DNA of 38,871 nucleotides, taken from assembly GCA_021844355.1 (NCBI GenBank), contig JAKBTP010000203.1:1-38871 (forward strand), in the 5' to 3' direction. The stretch is from a bacterium. Lineage in GTDB: Bacteria > Chloroflexota > Dormibacteria > Aeolococcales > Bog-877. The position numbers and the translations under genes are program-made. The notes under the pieces are model-generated. The model did not search any database, was not told the DNA's origin, and saw only the letters and a program-made list of their open reading frames with translations. This document shows, in pieces, positions 1-8,913 of the stretch; position 1 is the first letter of the stretch, and the number at the start of each line of letters is the position of its first letter.

Positions 1-162
1 GTAGATGGTCCCCGGGAGGGCCAGCAGGGCCTGGGACTGGACCGGGTCGACGACGTGGTTGGCCCGGCTCTGCAGGGTTCCCAGGACCGCCCAGACGCCG
101 TACCCGAAGAGCGCCATGAGAGCCACGGTGGCGAGGCTGGCCAGGAGCTGCCGGGAGCTCAT
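1..162 (-). CDS. membrane-anchored protein, N-terminal fragment (gene continues beyond window start)
   Basis: Not in the ORF track because it runs off the edge. ATG at 162-160 (minus) makes an ATGA overlap with the LCP stop (161-159). Translation MSSRQLLASLATVALMALFGYGVWAVLGTLQSRANHVVDPVQSQALLALPGTIY has a hydrophobic signal-anchor and strong G/C at third codon positions. Confidence 0.45.
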   Translation of the reverse strand, partial: MSSRQLLASLATVALMALFGYGVWAVLGTLQSRANHVVDPVQSQALLALPGTIY

Positions 163-1241
163 CCGGGGGGGAAGTTCTGGGCGATCAGGGAGTTGATCGC
201 CGGCCAGTTGGGGACCAGGGCGGACTCCCCGTTGATGGTCGCGCCGTGGTAGTCGGTTCCCAGCATCACGATCTGGGTGACGTCCCCGTTGCTGAAGTCG
301 TGGGCCAGCGCCGCCACCGAGCTGATCTGGGTGAGGCTGAGGTTGGTGCGCACCTCACCCGCCAGGCTGCTGGCGATCCGGGGGATGTCGGCGAGGCTCA
401 TCAGCTTGGCGGTGTCCTTGATGTCGACCAGCAGCTGCTGCTGCTTCTGGCCCCGGGCGATGTCCTCCAGGATGTCACCGTGGCGGGAGCGGACATAGGT
501 GAGGGCGTTCACCCCGTTCAGCCGTTGGGGGCCGGGGAGGATGGCGATCCGCTGGTTGGCGTACGGGTTGCTGCCGGTGAGGTCGGAGGGGTACTGGACG
601 TCCAGGATGGGCATCTGGGCGAGGACGTCCACCCCTCCCAGCTGGTTCACCAGTCCCACGAGCCCCCCGAGGCCGATCCACGCCCAGTAGTTGACGGTGA
701 CGTTGAAGTTGTTCTCCACCGTCTGGATCGCCGCCGCCGCCCCTCCGTAGGAGTAGGCCGCGTCGATCTTGGCGCTGCCGCCGGTGGAGAGCGGCACCCA
801 GAGGTCCCGGGGGATGGAGAGCATCACCGCATGGTGGGTGGCGGGGTCGACCCGCACCAGGATCATGGTCTGGGTCAGCACGCTGCTGGGTGAGAACTTG
901 GTGTCGTTGTCGGACCCCAGCAGGAGGACCGTGAACGGCTGTCCCGGCGGCGGGGGGGTGACCGTGGCGCCCGGGTGGGTCGCCTTGCCCTCGTGTCCGG
1001 TGGTCTTCTGGCCGGTGACGTGCAGAGCGGTGGTCACCGCCGGCAGGAAGTAGGCGACTGCCCCGCTCACCCCGGACACGCCGAAGCCGACAAGGAGGAG
1101 GAACGCCAGCAGGGCTGGGTGCCGGCCCCATGAGAAGGACGATCGGTGGGTCGAGAGCCCGGCGCGGCGGCGCCTAGGCCTGGTCCCGGCGGCCATGTGC
1201 CGGGATTGTAGCCGACCTCGGCTCCTCACCCCTCCAGACAA
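159..1241 (-). CDS. LytR-CpsA-Psr (LCP) family cell-envelope phosphotransferase
   Basis: N-terminal TM anchor followed by LCP core motifs (FTVLLLGSDND...TQTMILVRVDP...MLSIPRDLWVPL, ...INALTYVRSRH). TTG at 1241; an alternative ATG at 1196 (MAAGTRPRRRR) is equally plausible. Confidence 0.85.
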   Translation of the reverse strand: MSGGVRSRGRLQSRHMAAGTRPRRRRAGLSTHRSSFSWGRHPALLAFLLLVGFGVSGVSGAVAYFLPAVTTALHVTGQKTTGHEGKATHPGATVTPPPPGQPFTVLLLGSDNDTKFSPSSVLTQTMILVRVDPATHHAVMLSIPRDLWVPLSTGGSAKIDAAYSYGGAAAAIQTVENNFNVTVNYWAWIGLGGLVGLVNQLGGVDVLAQMPILDVQYPSDLTGSNPYANQRIAILPGPQRLNGVNALTYVRSRHGDILEDIARGQKQQQLLVDIKDTAKLMSLADIPRIASSLAGEVRTNLSLTQISSVAALAHDFSNGDVTQIVMLGTDYHGATINGESALVPNWPAINSLIAQNFPPG

Positions 1242-1272
1242 GTCCGCCCCCGAGCCGCTAACCTACGGCCCG

Positions 1273-2076
1273 ATGCTGCTCCAAGGCAAGCGGATCCTGG
1301 TCACCGGGGTCCTCACCCCAGCCTCCCTGCCTTTCGCCGTCGCCCGGCAGGCTCAGGAGGACGGCGCCGAGGTGATCCTCACCTCCTTCGGGAGGCCGAT
1401 GCGGCTCACCGAGCGCAGCGCCCAGCGCCTGGACCCGGTGCCGGAGGTACTGGAGCTGGACGTCTCCCGTGACGCTGACTTCGAGATGCTGGCCGGCGAG
1501 CTGGCACGGCGAGAGTGGCAGCTGGACGGGATCGTCCACGGGGTGGCGTTCGCTCCCACGGACGCGCTGGGCGGGGCCTTCCTCGACACCCCTTGGGAGT
1601 CGGCCGCCACCGCCCTGCGCATCTCGGCTTACTCCCTGCGCCAGCTGGTGGTCTCACTCTTGCCTTTGCTCAACCCCAGCGGCGCCTCGGTAGTGACGCT
1701 GGACTTTGACGCCACCCAGGCCTGGCCGGGGTATGACTGGATGGGGGTCTCCAAGGCCGCTCTGGAGTCCGTGGTCCGCTACCTGGCCCAGTACCTGGGG
1801 CCCCGCCGCGTCCGCGTCAACGCGGTTTCCGCCGGCCCGACCTACACGGTGGCCGCCAAGGGGATCCCCGGCTTCTCAGAGTTCCCCAGGGCGTTCGAGC
1901 GGCAGGCCCCGCTGGGGTGGGACGCCCGGGACCCCGATCCGGTGGGCAAGGCCGTGGTCGCGCTGCTCTCCGACTACTTCCCGGCCACCACCGGCGAGAT
2001 CGTCCACGTGGATGGCGGATATCACGCCGTGGGGACGTCCACCAGCTTGCCCGGAGAGCCGGCCGAGGAGGAGTAG
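1273..2076 (+). CDS. fabI: enoyl-[acyl-carrier-protein] reductase (NADH), FabI/InhA type
   Basis: MLLQGKRILVTGV...SLPFAVARQAQEDGAEVILTSFG, GIVHGVAFAP, YDWMGVSKAALES (Y-x6/7-K region), RVNAVSAGP, HVDGG. ATG at 1273 verified in sequence; the track ORF begins earlier at 1195. Confidence 0.85.
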   Translation: MLLQGKRILVTGVLTPASLPFAVARQAQEDGAEVILTSFGRPMRLTERSAQRLDPVPEVLELDVSRDADFEMLAGELARREWQLDGIVHGVAFAPTDALGGAFLDTPWESAATALRISAYSLRQLVVSLLPLLNPSGASVVTLDFDATQAWPGYDWMGVSKAALESVVRYLAQYLGPRRVRVNAVSAGPTYTVAAKGIPGFSEFPRAFERQAPLGWDARDPDPVGKAVVALLSDYFPATTGEIVHVDGGYHAVGTSTSLPGEPAEEE

Positions 2077-3311
2077 TCTCCGCGGGGGCGGCGCCGAGCC
2101 CACAAGGCGGCGCCGACGGCGGCGGTCATCAACGCCACCATCCCCGCCACCGCCAGGGTCGTCCGGCTGCCGAAGTTCTGCTCCACCCAGCCCGCCAAAG
2201 GGCTGCCGAAGGGGGTCGTGCCCAGGAACACCCAGAGGTACAGCGCCATCACCCGGCCGCGCAGGTGGGCTGGGGTGTGCATCTGGATGATGCTGTTGGA
2301 CATCGCCGAGTAGACGATCATCCCCGCCCCGGCCACCGCCAGCAGGGCCATGGCCGGAACGATGCCGTCCATCTGTCCGGCGCCGGCGAGGAAGATCCCG
2401 AACACGGCACAGCCGACCAGCAGCGCCGGGACCGCCGCGCGGCCCGCGTAGGCGACCCCCAGGGCTCCCAGAAGCGCCCCGACCCCCAGGGATGCGGAGA
2501 GCAGCCCGAAGCCGGTGGCGCCTGCGTGGAGGCCGTTGCGGGCCAGCGCGGGGACCATCACCGAGAGGTTGTAGGAGAAGGTCCCGACAACCAGCATGAG
2601 AAGGATCACCATCAGCACCTCGGGGGTGCGCCGGGCGTACGCGGCGCCTTCTCGGACCTGGGCCCATGGGCCCTCGGTTGACCGTGGCCGTCGGCTGAGG
2701 TGCAGGTCCTGGGGCCGCATCAGCCAGAGCGCTCCGATCACCGCCAGATAGGAGATGGCGTTCAGGTCGAAGCAGAGGGCCGTTCCCACGGTGGCTATGA
2801 GGATTCCTCCCACCGCGGGCCCCACCACGCGGGCCCCGTTGAACACCGTGGAGTTGAGGGCGACTGCGTTGGGGAGCTGGTCGCCGCCCACCATCTCGGG
2901 GACGAACGCCTGCCGGGTCGGCCCGTCCACCACGTTTATGAGCCCGAATGCCGCCACCACCAGGAACACCTCCCAGGTCCGCACCTGGTGCAGCCCCACC
3001 AGGATCCCCAGGGCCGCAGCCACCACGGCGAACGAACTCTGGGTGCCGATCAGCATCCGGCGCTTGGGGAAGCGGTCGGCGATCACCCCCCCGAACGGCT
3101 GGAGGAGCAGATTGGGCAGGAACTGGACCATGACCAGAAGGCCCAGCATGAACGCTGAGTGGGTGAGCTCCAGGATCAACCAGGCCTGGGCGGTGGACTG
3201 CAGCCAGCTGCCGGTGACCGAGACCAGCTGCCCGCCGAAGAACAGCCGATAGTTGCGCGTCGACAGCGCCTGGAAGGTACGCTGCGTGATGGCTAGGGGG
3301 GCGCGGATCAA
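2022..3311 (-). CDS. MFS transporter (EntS/MFS_3-like, 12 TM)
   Basis: FQALSTRNYRLFFGGQLVSVTGSWLQ...GGVIADRFPKRRML and multiple TM helices. The TTG start at 3311 overlaps the marR-type stop (TTGA). The 3' end overlaps the fabI 3' end by 55 nt (convergent). Confidence 0.85.
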   Translation of the reverse strand: MIRAPLAITQRTFQALSTRNYRLFFGGQLVSVTGSWLQSTAQAWLILELTHSAFMLGLLVMVQFLPNLLLQPFGGVIADRFPKRRMLIGTQSSFAVVAAALGILVGLHQVRTWEVFLVVAAFGLINVVDGPTRQAFVPEMVGGDQLPNAVALNSTVFNGARVVGPAVGGILIATVGTALCFDLNAISYLAVIGALWLMRPQDLHLSRRPRSTEGPWAQVREGAAYARRTPEVLMVILLMLVVGTFSYNLSVMVPALARNGLHAGATGFGLLSASLGVGALLGALGVAYAGRAAVPALLVGCAVFGIFLAGAGQMDGIVPAMALLAVAGAGMIVYSAMSNSIIQMHTPAHLRGRVMALYLWVFLGTTPFGSPLAGWVEQNFGSRTTLAVAGMVALMTAAVGAALWARRRPRGDYSSSAGSPGKLVDVPTA

Positions 3312-3769
3312 GGCTCCACCTCGGTGAGCCGCTCCAGCACCTCCATCGCCCGGTCAAGGGCCACGATCTGGGCCCTGGAGAGGCGGGAGAGCCTGGCCGC
3401 AAACCACGCCTGCCGGGCCGCGATGGCGGCCCTGGCCAGCTCCTCGCCCCGCGCCGTGAGCCCCACTCGCACGCAGCGGCGGTCCGACCGGTCTCCTGAC
3501 TTGGAGATCAGACCCTCCGCCTCCATCTGGGCCAGGATGGCGGTCATCGACGGGGTGCGAACCCCCTCGACCTGGGCCAGCTCCGAGACCGTCGCGCCGG
3601 GGCTCCGGAGGAGGAAGGAGAGGACCGGGAACTCCCCCGGTCTCAGGCCGATGGGGTCGTGCGCCTGGCGCAACCCTTTGGACAGCCGACTCACTATCCC
3701 TGGGAGCCTCTCTCCCAGCTCTGCTCCCACCGCCTCCGCCCCGCGGTCGCGGGCTGCCGCTGCGCTCAC
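3308..3769 (-). CDS. MarR family transcriptional regulator
   Basis: Winged-HTH MarR pattern (LRPGEFPVLSFLLRSPGATVSELAQVEGVRTPSMTAILAQMEAEGLISKSGDRSDRRCVRVGLTARG). GTG start at 3769. Translationally coupled to the downstream MFS gene. Confidence 0.85.
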   Translation of the reverse strand: MSAAAARDRGAEAVGAELGERLPGIVSRLSKGLRQAHDPIGLRPGEFPVLSFLLRSPGATVSELAQVEGVRTPSMTAILAQMEAEGLISKSGDRSDRRCVRVGLTARGEELARAAIAARQAWFAARLSRLSRAQIVALDRAMEVLERLTEVEP

Positions 3770-3805
3770 ATGGTTAGTCTACCTAATTAGGGCCCCTAAG
3801 TAAAC
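3770..3805. promoter_or_regulatory. AT-rich palindromic element upstream of marR (candidate MarR operator/promoter)
   Basis: The segment atggttagtctaCCTAATTAGGgcccctaagtaaac contains a perfect 10-bp palindrome CCTAATTAGG at 3782-3791 and overlapping TTAG/CTAA repeats. It is one of only two clearly AT-rich islands in the window and lies directly 5' of the marR-MFS operon. Confidence 0.3.
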
Positions 3806-4987
3806 TCAGGACACGCAGGCCCCGGTTCCGGCGGGTGCGGTGTCGGCCAGGTTGTGGGAGATGTCTGGCAGCACCTCGGCCGCACTGAGCGCGTACCCCT
3901 CGTTGGTGGTCACCAGCGACTTGGCGAACACGATCCCCAGCACCTGCCCGGAGAGGCTGACGAAGGGCCCTCCGGAGTTGCCGGGGATGACCTCCGCCTG
4001 CAGCACCAGGATCTGCCTGGTGACCAGCCCCCGGGAGTAGATGTCGCGGCCCACGGCCTCGACCGTGCCCCGGACCGCTCCCCCCACCACCTGCTCCGGC
4101 CCCCCTTCGGGGTAGCCGATGACCGCGCCCTGGGTCCCCCGAGGATAGGTCTCGCTGAAGGTGAGGGGGGGAAGGTGCAGCGCGGGGACCCGCAGCAGGG
4201 CCAGGTCGACCTGGGGATTGAAGTACACCACCTCTGCGGCCAGAGGCGCTGCGGAGCCCGGCACCTGGACCTGGACCGACTGGCCGCCCGCGACCACGTG
4301 GGCGTTGGTCACCACCACCTGGGGGCCGACGGGGAAGCCACTCCCTTCGATGAGGCCGCCGCAGCCACTGGTGATCACCTTCACCGTCTCCGCGGCGACC
4401 TGGCCCACCTGAGGGTGGGCGGCCAGATCCTGGGGGATGGCCACCGGCCCGGGCAGGGGCGGCACCAGGGTGGCGAAGACCTCAGGGAACGGCACCGCGC
4501 TGAGCAGGTGCTGAAGGTCGCCCATCCAGGCCGGCCCGGCAGGCAGGGTCCGCGCCAGAGCGCGGAGGATCGAGGAGCCCTGGATCTGGGTCGAGAGCTG
4601 AGGTATCGGCCCGGCGGCGAAGATCAAGCCCAGGTACCAGCTCACGGCCAGCGTGACTATCAGGCTCCAGGCCAGCCCCGCCAGCGAGTCCAGGCCCCCA
4701 CCGATCCGGCTCCGGAGGGTCGTTAGCCGCAATTTGGCCCCCAGGAGACCGCCCAGGGCGTTGCCCAGGAAGCCGACGGCCAAGACCACGGCGATGGCCA
4801 GCGCCGTGCGCTCAGCGCTGGAGAAGCCGTGCATTCGCGTCGGCAGCAGGGTGGCCAGCCAGGAGCCGAGAAGAAGCCCGCCCAGGAGCCCCGCCATCGA
4901 CAGGACCGAGAAGGAGAGCCCACGCCGGTACCCCGCCACCCCGGTGATGGCCAGGGCCAGGACGATGACCAGGTCGACCAGATTCAC
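3806..4987 (-). CDS. CvpA-domain membrane protein fused to trypsin-like (S1C) serine protease, MarP (Rv3671c)-like
   Basis: N-terminal 4-TM CvpA-like part (VNLVDLVIVLALAITGVAGYRRG...). C-terminal chymotrypsin-fold part with VVTNAHVV (His), DLALLRV (Asp), GNSGGPFV (Ser). GTG start at 4987. Confidence 0.8.
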   Translation of the reverse strand: MNLVDLVIVLALAITGVAGYRRGLSFSVLSMAGLLGGLLLGSWLATLLPTRMHGFSSAERTALAIAVVLAVGFLGNALGGLLGAKLRLTTLRSRIGGGLDSLAGLAWSLIVTLAVSWYLGLIFAAGPIPQLSTQIQGSSILRALARTLPAGPAWMGDLQHLLSAVPFPEVFATLVPPLPGPVAIPQDLAAHPQVGQVAAETVKVITSGCGGLIEGSGFPVGPQVVVTNAHVVAGGQSVQVQVPGSAAPLAAEVVYFNPQVDLALLRVPALHLPPLTFSETYPRGTQGAVIGYPEGGPEQVVGGAVRGTVEAVGRDIYSRGLVTRQILVLQAEVIPGNSGGPFVSLSGQVLGIVFAKSLVTTNEGYALSAAEVLPDISHNLADTAPAGTGACVS

Positions 4988-5079
4988 GGCGCGGCTGCGA
5001 TCATGCGGGCAGGGCCCAACTGTTGCCCCAAAATGGCGGCCAGGTTCGGCTCCCGCCAGGGGCGGATTTGAGGAGCGAG

Positions 5080-5568
5080 ATGCCTGTAGGCGAGCCAGGG
5101 GGGAGGGGTCGCCACGGGCGGTGGCCAGCCCAGAACGGGATCTACATCCCTCTGCCTCAGGACTGGCGCTCCTGCATCCTGCCGGTCATCGGGCTGGCCA
5201 CCCCGGTGGGGCTGCTGGTGGTCAACTTCTCGGCCTGGGTCATCTCCCAGCTGGGTGCCTTTCGGTGGGGAGTGGCGGTGAGCGCCCTGGTCAGTGCCCT
5301 CATCCTCAACAGCCTCACCGCTCTCAGCGTGTACCGGTATGTGCGCAATCGCTGGCCGGACTTCGTGGTCAGCCGCCAGGAGAACGAAACCTGGGTCCTG
5401 GTGGCGGCCATCGTGATCATACTGGCGGTGGCCGTCCTCTCGGCCGTCTTCTCCTATGTTGGGATGGCCAACCCCAAGCAACTCCCCAACGGGATAGCCG
5501 TGGTGACCGGGTTCCTGGGGGTGGTGATCCCGCTGGCCCTGATCCTCGGCCTCAACCGCCGTCGCTGA
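5080..5568 (+). CDS. hypothetical integral membrane protein (about 4 TM)
   Basis: Hydrophobic helices (ILPVIGLATPVGLLVVNFSAWVI, VAVSALVSALILNSLTAL, WVLVAAIVIILAVAVLSAVF, IAVVTGFLGVVIPLALILGL) and strong GC3 bias. ATG at 5080 follows a GAGGAG Shine-Dalgarno; the track ORF starts at TTG 5023. No recognisable family. Confidence 0.55.
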   Translation: MPVGEPGGRGRHGRWPAQNGIYIPLPQDWRSCILPVIGLATPVGLLVVNFSAWVISQLGAFRWGVAVSALVSALILNSLTALSVYRYVRNRWPDFVVSRQENETWVLVAAIVIILAVAVLSAVFSYVGMANPKQLPNGIAVVTGFLGVVIPLALILGLNRRR

Positions 5569-5570
5569 CT

Positions 5571-6236
5571 TCAGCGCGAGTCCTCCAGATCGCCCAGCAC
5601 CTCCACCCCGTGTCCGTCCGAGATGACCGCCGCCGTCGCCAGGCCCAGAAAGAGGCCGTGCCCGACCACTCCTGGCACACCGGCCAGCTTCTGCGCCAGT
5701 TCGGGCCACGGCTCAGAGCAGCCAGCAAGGTCCGCATCCAGCACGAGGTTGCCGTTGTCGGAGATGAAGGGCTCCGGGCCGCCGCGAAGTCTGGTCTGGA
5801 GCCGGCAGACGGCTTCGATCCGGCGCTGGGTGCCCGCCCAATCGAAGCGCAGCACCTCTATCGGCAGCGCCGCCCGCTCGCCCAGCCGTCCCACCCTCTT
5901 GGTCGAGTCGGCGACCACCCAGAACCGCCGACTCCGCTCGGCGACGATCTTCTCGCGGACCATCGCACCGCCCGCCCCCTTGATCAGGTCCAGCTCCAGG
6001 GTGACCTCATCGGCGCCGTCGACGTCCAGGTCGAGCCCTTCCCCGGTGTCCGGGAGGATGGTGATGCCCATCGAACGGGCGCGCCGCTCTGTGGCCTCGG
6101 AGGTGCAGACCGCCGACACCACGAGCCCCCGGCGGACCCGCGGCTCCAGCGCGTCCAGGAACGCCGAGGCAGTGCGGCCCGTGCCCAGACCGAGACGCAT
6201 CCCAGGCGCCACCCGAGCGGCGGCGAACTCTCCCAC
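5571..6236 (-). CDS. rpiA: ribose-5-phosphate isomerase A
   Basis: GLGTGRTA, VCTSEAT, DVDGADEV, LIKGAGGAMVREKIV, DNGNLVLD, PGVVGHGLF. The start is uncertain. The track ORF extends to 6455 but would overlap the upstream gene by 178 nt. GTG at 6236 was verified; CTG codons at 6281 and 6272 are alternatives. Confidence 0.85.
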   Translation of the reverse strand: MGEFAAARVAPGMRLGLGTGRTASAFLDALEPRVRRGLVVSAVCTSEATERRARSMGITILPDTGEGLDLDVDGADEVTLELDLIKGAGGAMVREKIVAERSRRFWVVADSTKRVGRLGERAALPIEVLRFDWAGTQRRIEAVCRLQTRLRGGPEPFISDNGNLVLDADLAGCSEPWPELAQKLAGVPGVVGHGLFLGLATAAVISDGHGVEVLGDLEDSR

Positions 6237-6277
6237 CTTGGCGAGGGCGGCTGGGAGCCGCGCCCCAGGCAGGGCGG

Positions 6278-6688
6278 TCAGCCCGAGCGCTCCGGGCCCG
6301 ACCGCTCCACCGTGATCCGCAGCAGGACCCGGCGCTCCGCGGCCATGGCGGCTCTGTATTCGTCCCAGTCGGGGTGCTCGCCCACCACCGCCCGGTAGTA
6401 CGCCTCCAGGAGGGGCAGGGCTGCCGGGAGGGACACCACCTCGGCCGAGCCCCACACCACCACCCAGGGACCGAAGAACCGGTCGGTGAAGGCGGTCAGC
6501 GCCACCCGGGGATCGCGGCGCACGTTGAGGGTCTTGACCGCTCCCTCGCGGCTGCTGACCACAACCCGTCCTTCCCCGTCCACCCCCGCCACCACCGGGG
6601 ACAGCTGGGCGGAGCCGTCCCGTCGGTAGGTGGCCAGGACCGCCCGGTGGTTGGAGGAGATGAAGGCCAAGGCGTCAGAGCTACCCAT
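6278..6688 (-). CDS. pyridoxamine 5'-phosphate oxidase (PPOX) family protein, probable F420-dependent class
   Basis: Size of 136 aa and pattern (NHRAVLATYRRDGSAQLSPV...KTLNVRRDPRVALTAF...WVVVWGSAEV) fit the split-barrel PPOX family. The ATG at 6688 overlaps the ppk stop by 8 nt. Confidence 0.7.
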   Translation of the reverse strand: MGSSDALAFISSNHRAVLATYRRDGSAQLSPVVAGVDGEGRVVVSSREGAVKTLNVRRDPRVALTAFTDRFFGPWVVVWGSAEVVSLPAALPLLEAYYRAVVGEHPDWDEYRAAMAAERRVLLRITVERSGPERSG

Positions 6689-8828
6689 CGGCGGGCTCCC
6701 CGGACCCGACCCAGCGCGGCGCCCTGGACCTCGCCCGCTCTATCAGCAGCTCCTGGATCCCCGGGGCATCACCGGCCGGGTCGAGCCGCCTCCAGGCGGC
6801 CGAGGACTCGAGCTTCCAGGATTGGCGGCGGTCGGCCCAGGTCAGCTCCAGAACCTCCTGTACCTCCCTCCGGCAGGACGGGTCCAGGAGGGGAACGATG
6901 CATTCGACGCGCCGGTAGAGGTTGCGGCCCATGAGGTCGGCGGAGCCCATGAAGACCTCAGGGGAGCCCCCATTCTCGAAGGCGAAGGCGCGGCCGTGCT
7001 CCAGGAAGCGACCGACGACGCTGTGCACCGTGACAGTCTCACTGAGACCCGGGATGCCTGGGCGCAGAGCGCAGATTCCCCTGACCAGAAGGCGGATGGG
7101 GAGCCCCTGGGCCGAGGCGTGGTAGATCGCCGAGATCGCCCGTTCGTCGGTCAGCCCGTTCACCTTGCCCAGCAACCCGGCCGGCCGGCCCGCGCGGAGG
7201 TGGTCGAGCTCCCGGTCCAGCAGCGCCTCGAAGCGCTCCACCACGTTTATCGGGGCCACCCAGAGGTGGCGGTAGTCGTGCTTGCGAGAGTACCCGGTCA
7301 GGTAGTTGAACAGGTCGGCCACCTCCTCGGTGATCTCGCGGCGCGCCGTGAGCAGGCCGAAGTCGGTGTACACCCGGGCCGTGACCGCGTTGTAGTTCCC
7401 GGTCCCGATGTGGGCGTACTGGCGAACAGTCCCCTCCTCCTGGCGAACCACGAGCACCAGCTTGGCGTGCGTCTTGAGGCCGGGGACGCCGTAGGCCACA
7501 TGGGCTCCCACCTGCTCCAGCTGCCGCGCCCAGCGGATGTTGTTCTGCTCGTCGAACCGGGCCTTGATTTCGACCAACACCACCACCTGCTTGCCGTCCT
7601 CCGCCGCCTGGGTGAGGGCGCCTATTAGGGGAGTGTCACCAGAAGTCCGGTAGAGGGTCTGCTTGATGGCCAGGACCCGGGGGTCGCGAGCTGCCTGCTC
7701 AATGAAGCGCTCGGTGGTGGCGGCGAAGGAGTCGTAGGGGTGCTGGACCAGCACATCCCCGGCGCGGAGGACGGCGAAGAAGTCCGGCTCCTGGTCCTGG
7801 ACGCTGAGCAGTCGGGGCGGGGTGGTGCCGCTGAAGGCGGCGTAGGCCAGGTCGGGGCGGTCGACTGCCTCTATCACCTGGGCCAGCCCTGTCAGGTCCA
7901 GGATCCCGTCCACCGCCTGGATCTCGCCGGCGTCGATGCCCAGCTCCGCCTCAAGCATGGCGGCCACCTCGCCCGGCAGGCGTGGCCCGGCCTCAACCCG
8001 GACGATCGCTCCGAAGCGGCGCTCTCGAAGCTCCTCTTCGATGGCCGAGAGGAGGTTGGGCTCATCCTCGTCCACGTCGAAGTCGGCGTCGCGGGTGACC
8101 CGGAAGTAGCCGCGGGCTACGATCCGCATTCCCGGGAAGAGGCGGTCCAGCCGCTCGGCGATGATCCGCTCCACGGGAACGAACGGACCCTGGGGCCCGG
8201 CCTGGAAGAACCGGGGCACCGCGGACGGCACCTTGACCCGCGCCACCCGGGCGCCCGGGTCGTCGTGGTCGTCGAGCACCACCCCGATCGAGAGGGACAG
8301 GTTGCTGAGATAGGGGAAAGGGTGGGCTGGGTCGATGGCCAGGGGGGTCAGGAGAGGATAGAGCTGGCGCTCGAAGAAGCGCGAGCACTCCGCTTGCTCC
8401 TCGGGGGAGAGTGCCTCCTCGCCCAGGATGAGCCGGACCCCCTGCTCGGCCAGCGCCGGGGCCACCTCCCGGCTGAGGCAGTGAAGCTGGGCCGAAGCCA
8501 GCTCCGAGCTCCGTCGCCGTATCGCTGCCAGCTGCTCCTTGGGGGTCATCCGGTCAGGGTGGGCGGCCTGGAGGGGCTCACCTACCTGGCGCAACAGGGA
8601 CGCCACCCTGATCATGTAGAACTCGTCGAGGTTGTTGGCGGTGATGGCCAGGAAGCGGAGCCGCTCCAGCAGCGGGACGCGGGGGTCGCGGGCCTCGGCC
8701 AGGACCCGGAAGTCGAAGTCCAGCCAGCTCAGCTCCCGGTTGATGTAGTTGGCCGGATCCACGAGGGGATCGGCCGGGGCCTCGCGCCCGACCTCAGGGC
8801 GGACAGCGGCGCGCAGCGGATCAGGCAC
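6681..8828 (-). CDS. ppk: polyphosphate kinase 1
   Basis: 715 aa with NRELSWLDFDFRVLAEA, RLRFLAITANNLDEFYMIRV, and the two PLD-like HKD-type regions (KTHAKLVLVVR..., GSADLMGRNL). GTG start at 8828. Confidence 0.95.
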   Translation of the reverse strand: MPDPLRAAVRPEVGREAPADPLVDPANYINRELSWLDFDFRVLAEARDPRVPLLERLRFLAITANNLDEFYMIRVASLLRQVGEPLQAAHPDRMTPKEQLAAIRRRSSELASAQLHCLSREVAPALAEQGVRLILGEEALSPEEQAECSRFFERQLYPLLTPLAIDPAHPFPYLSNLSLSIGVVLDDHDDPGARVARVKVPSAVPRFFQAGPQGPFVPVERIIAERLDRLFPGMRIVARGYFRVTRDADFDVDEDEPNLLSAIEEELRERRFGAIVRVEAGPRLPGEVAAMLEAELGIDAGEIQAVDGILDLTGLAQVIEAVDRPDLAYAAFSGTTPPRLLSVQDQEPDFFAVLRAGDVLVQHPYDSFAATTERFIEQAARDPRVLAIKQTLYRTSGDTPLIGALTQAAEDGKQVVVLVEIKARFDEQNNIRWARQLEQVGAHVAYGVPGLKTHAKLVLVVRQEEGTVRQYAHIGTGNYNAVTARVYTDFGLLTARREITEEVADLFNYLTGYSRKHDYRHLWVAPINVVERFEALLDRELDHLRAGRPAGLLGKVNGLTDERAISAIYHASAQGLPIRLLVRGICALRPGIPGLSETVTVHSVVGRFLEHGRAFAFENGGSPEVFMGSADLMGRNLYRRVECIVPLLDPSCRREVQEVLELTWADRRQSWKLESSAAWRRLDPAGDAPGIQELLIERARSRAPRWVGSGEPADG

Positions 8829-8913
8829 CTTGCAAAGCTACTACGGCCGGGCGGCCCTGTGACGATCAGCTTGCCCCGCAGCGGTGTCGACGGCCATGGG
8901 CTAGGATGCCGCT

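Noticed and set aside
2022-2076. Convergent 3'-end overlaps of gene pairs: fabI/MFS 55 nt, lipoprotein/gatD 9824-9840, the 147-aa ORF/ClpP-like 19473-19506, and nth/crotonase 30758-30795.
   Set aside because: These are probably a by-product of stop-codon scarcity and a compact genome, not a regulatory device. The C-terminal tails involved lie beyond the conserved domains.
1876-3402. 508-aa ORF on the minus strand. Similar long ORFs occur at 4653-6398 (+, 581 aa), 7740-9176 (+, 478 aa), 9944-10714 (+), 22206-23198 (+), 25426-26580 (-), 33799-34923 (-), 34821-36245 (-) and 35863-37326 (-).
   Set aside because: All lie antisense to, or out of frame with, genes that have clear family motifs. Their translations are Arg/Pro/Gly-rich low-complexity sequence, typical of shadow ORFs in GC-rich DNA where stop codons are rare. 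None shows a recognisable domain.
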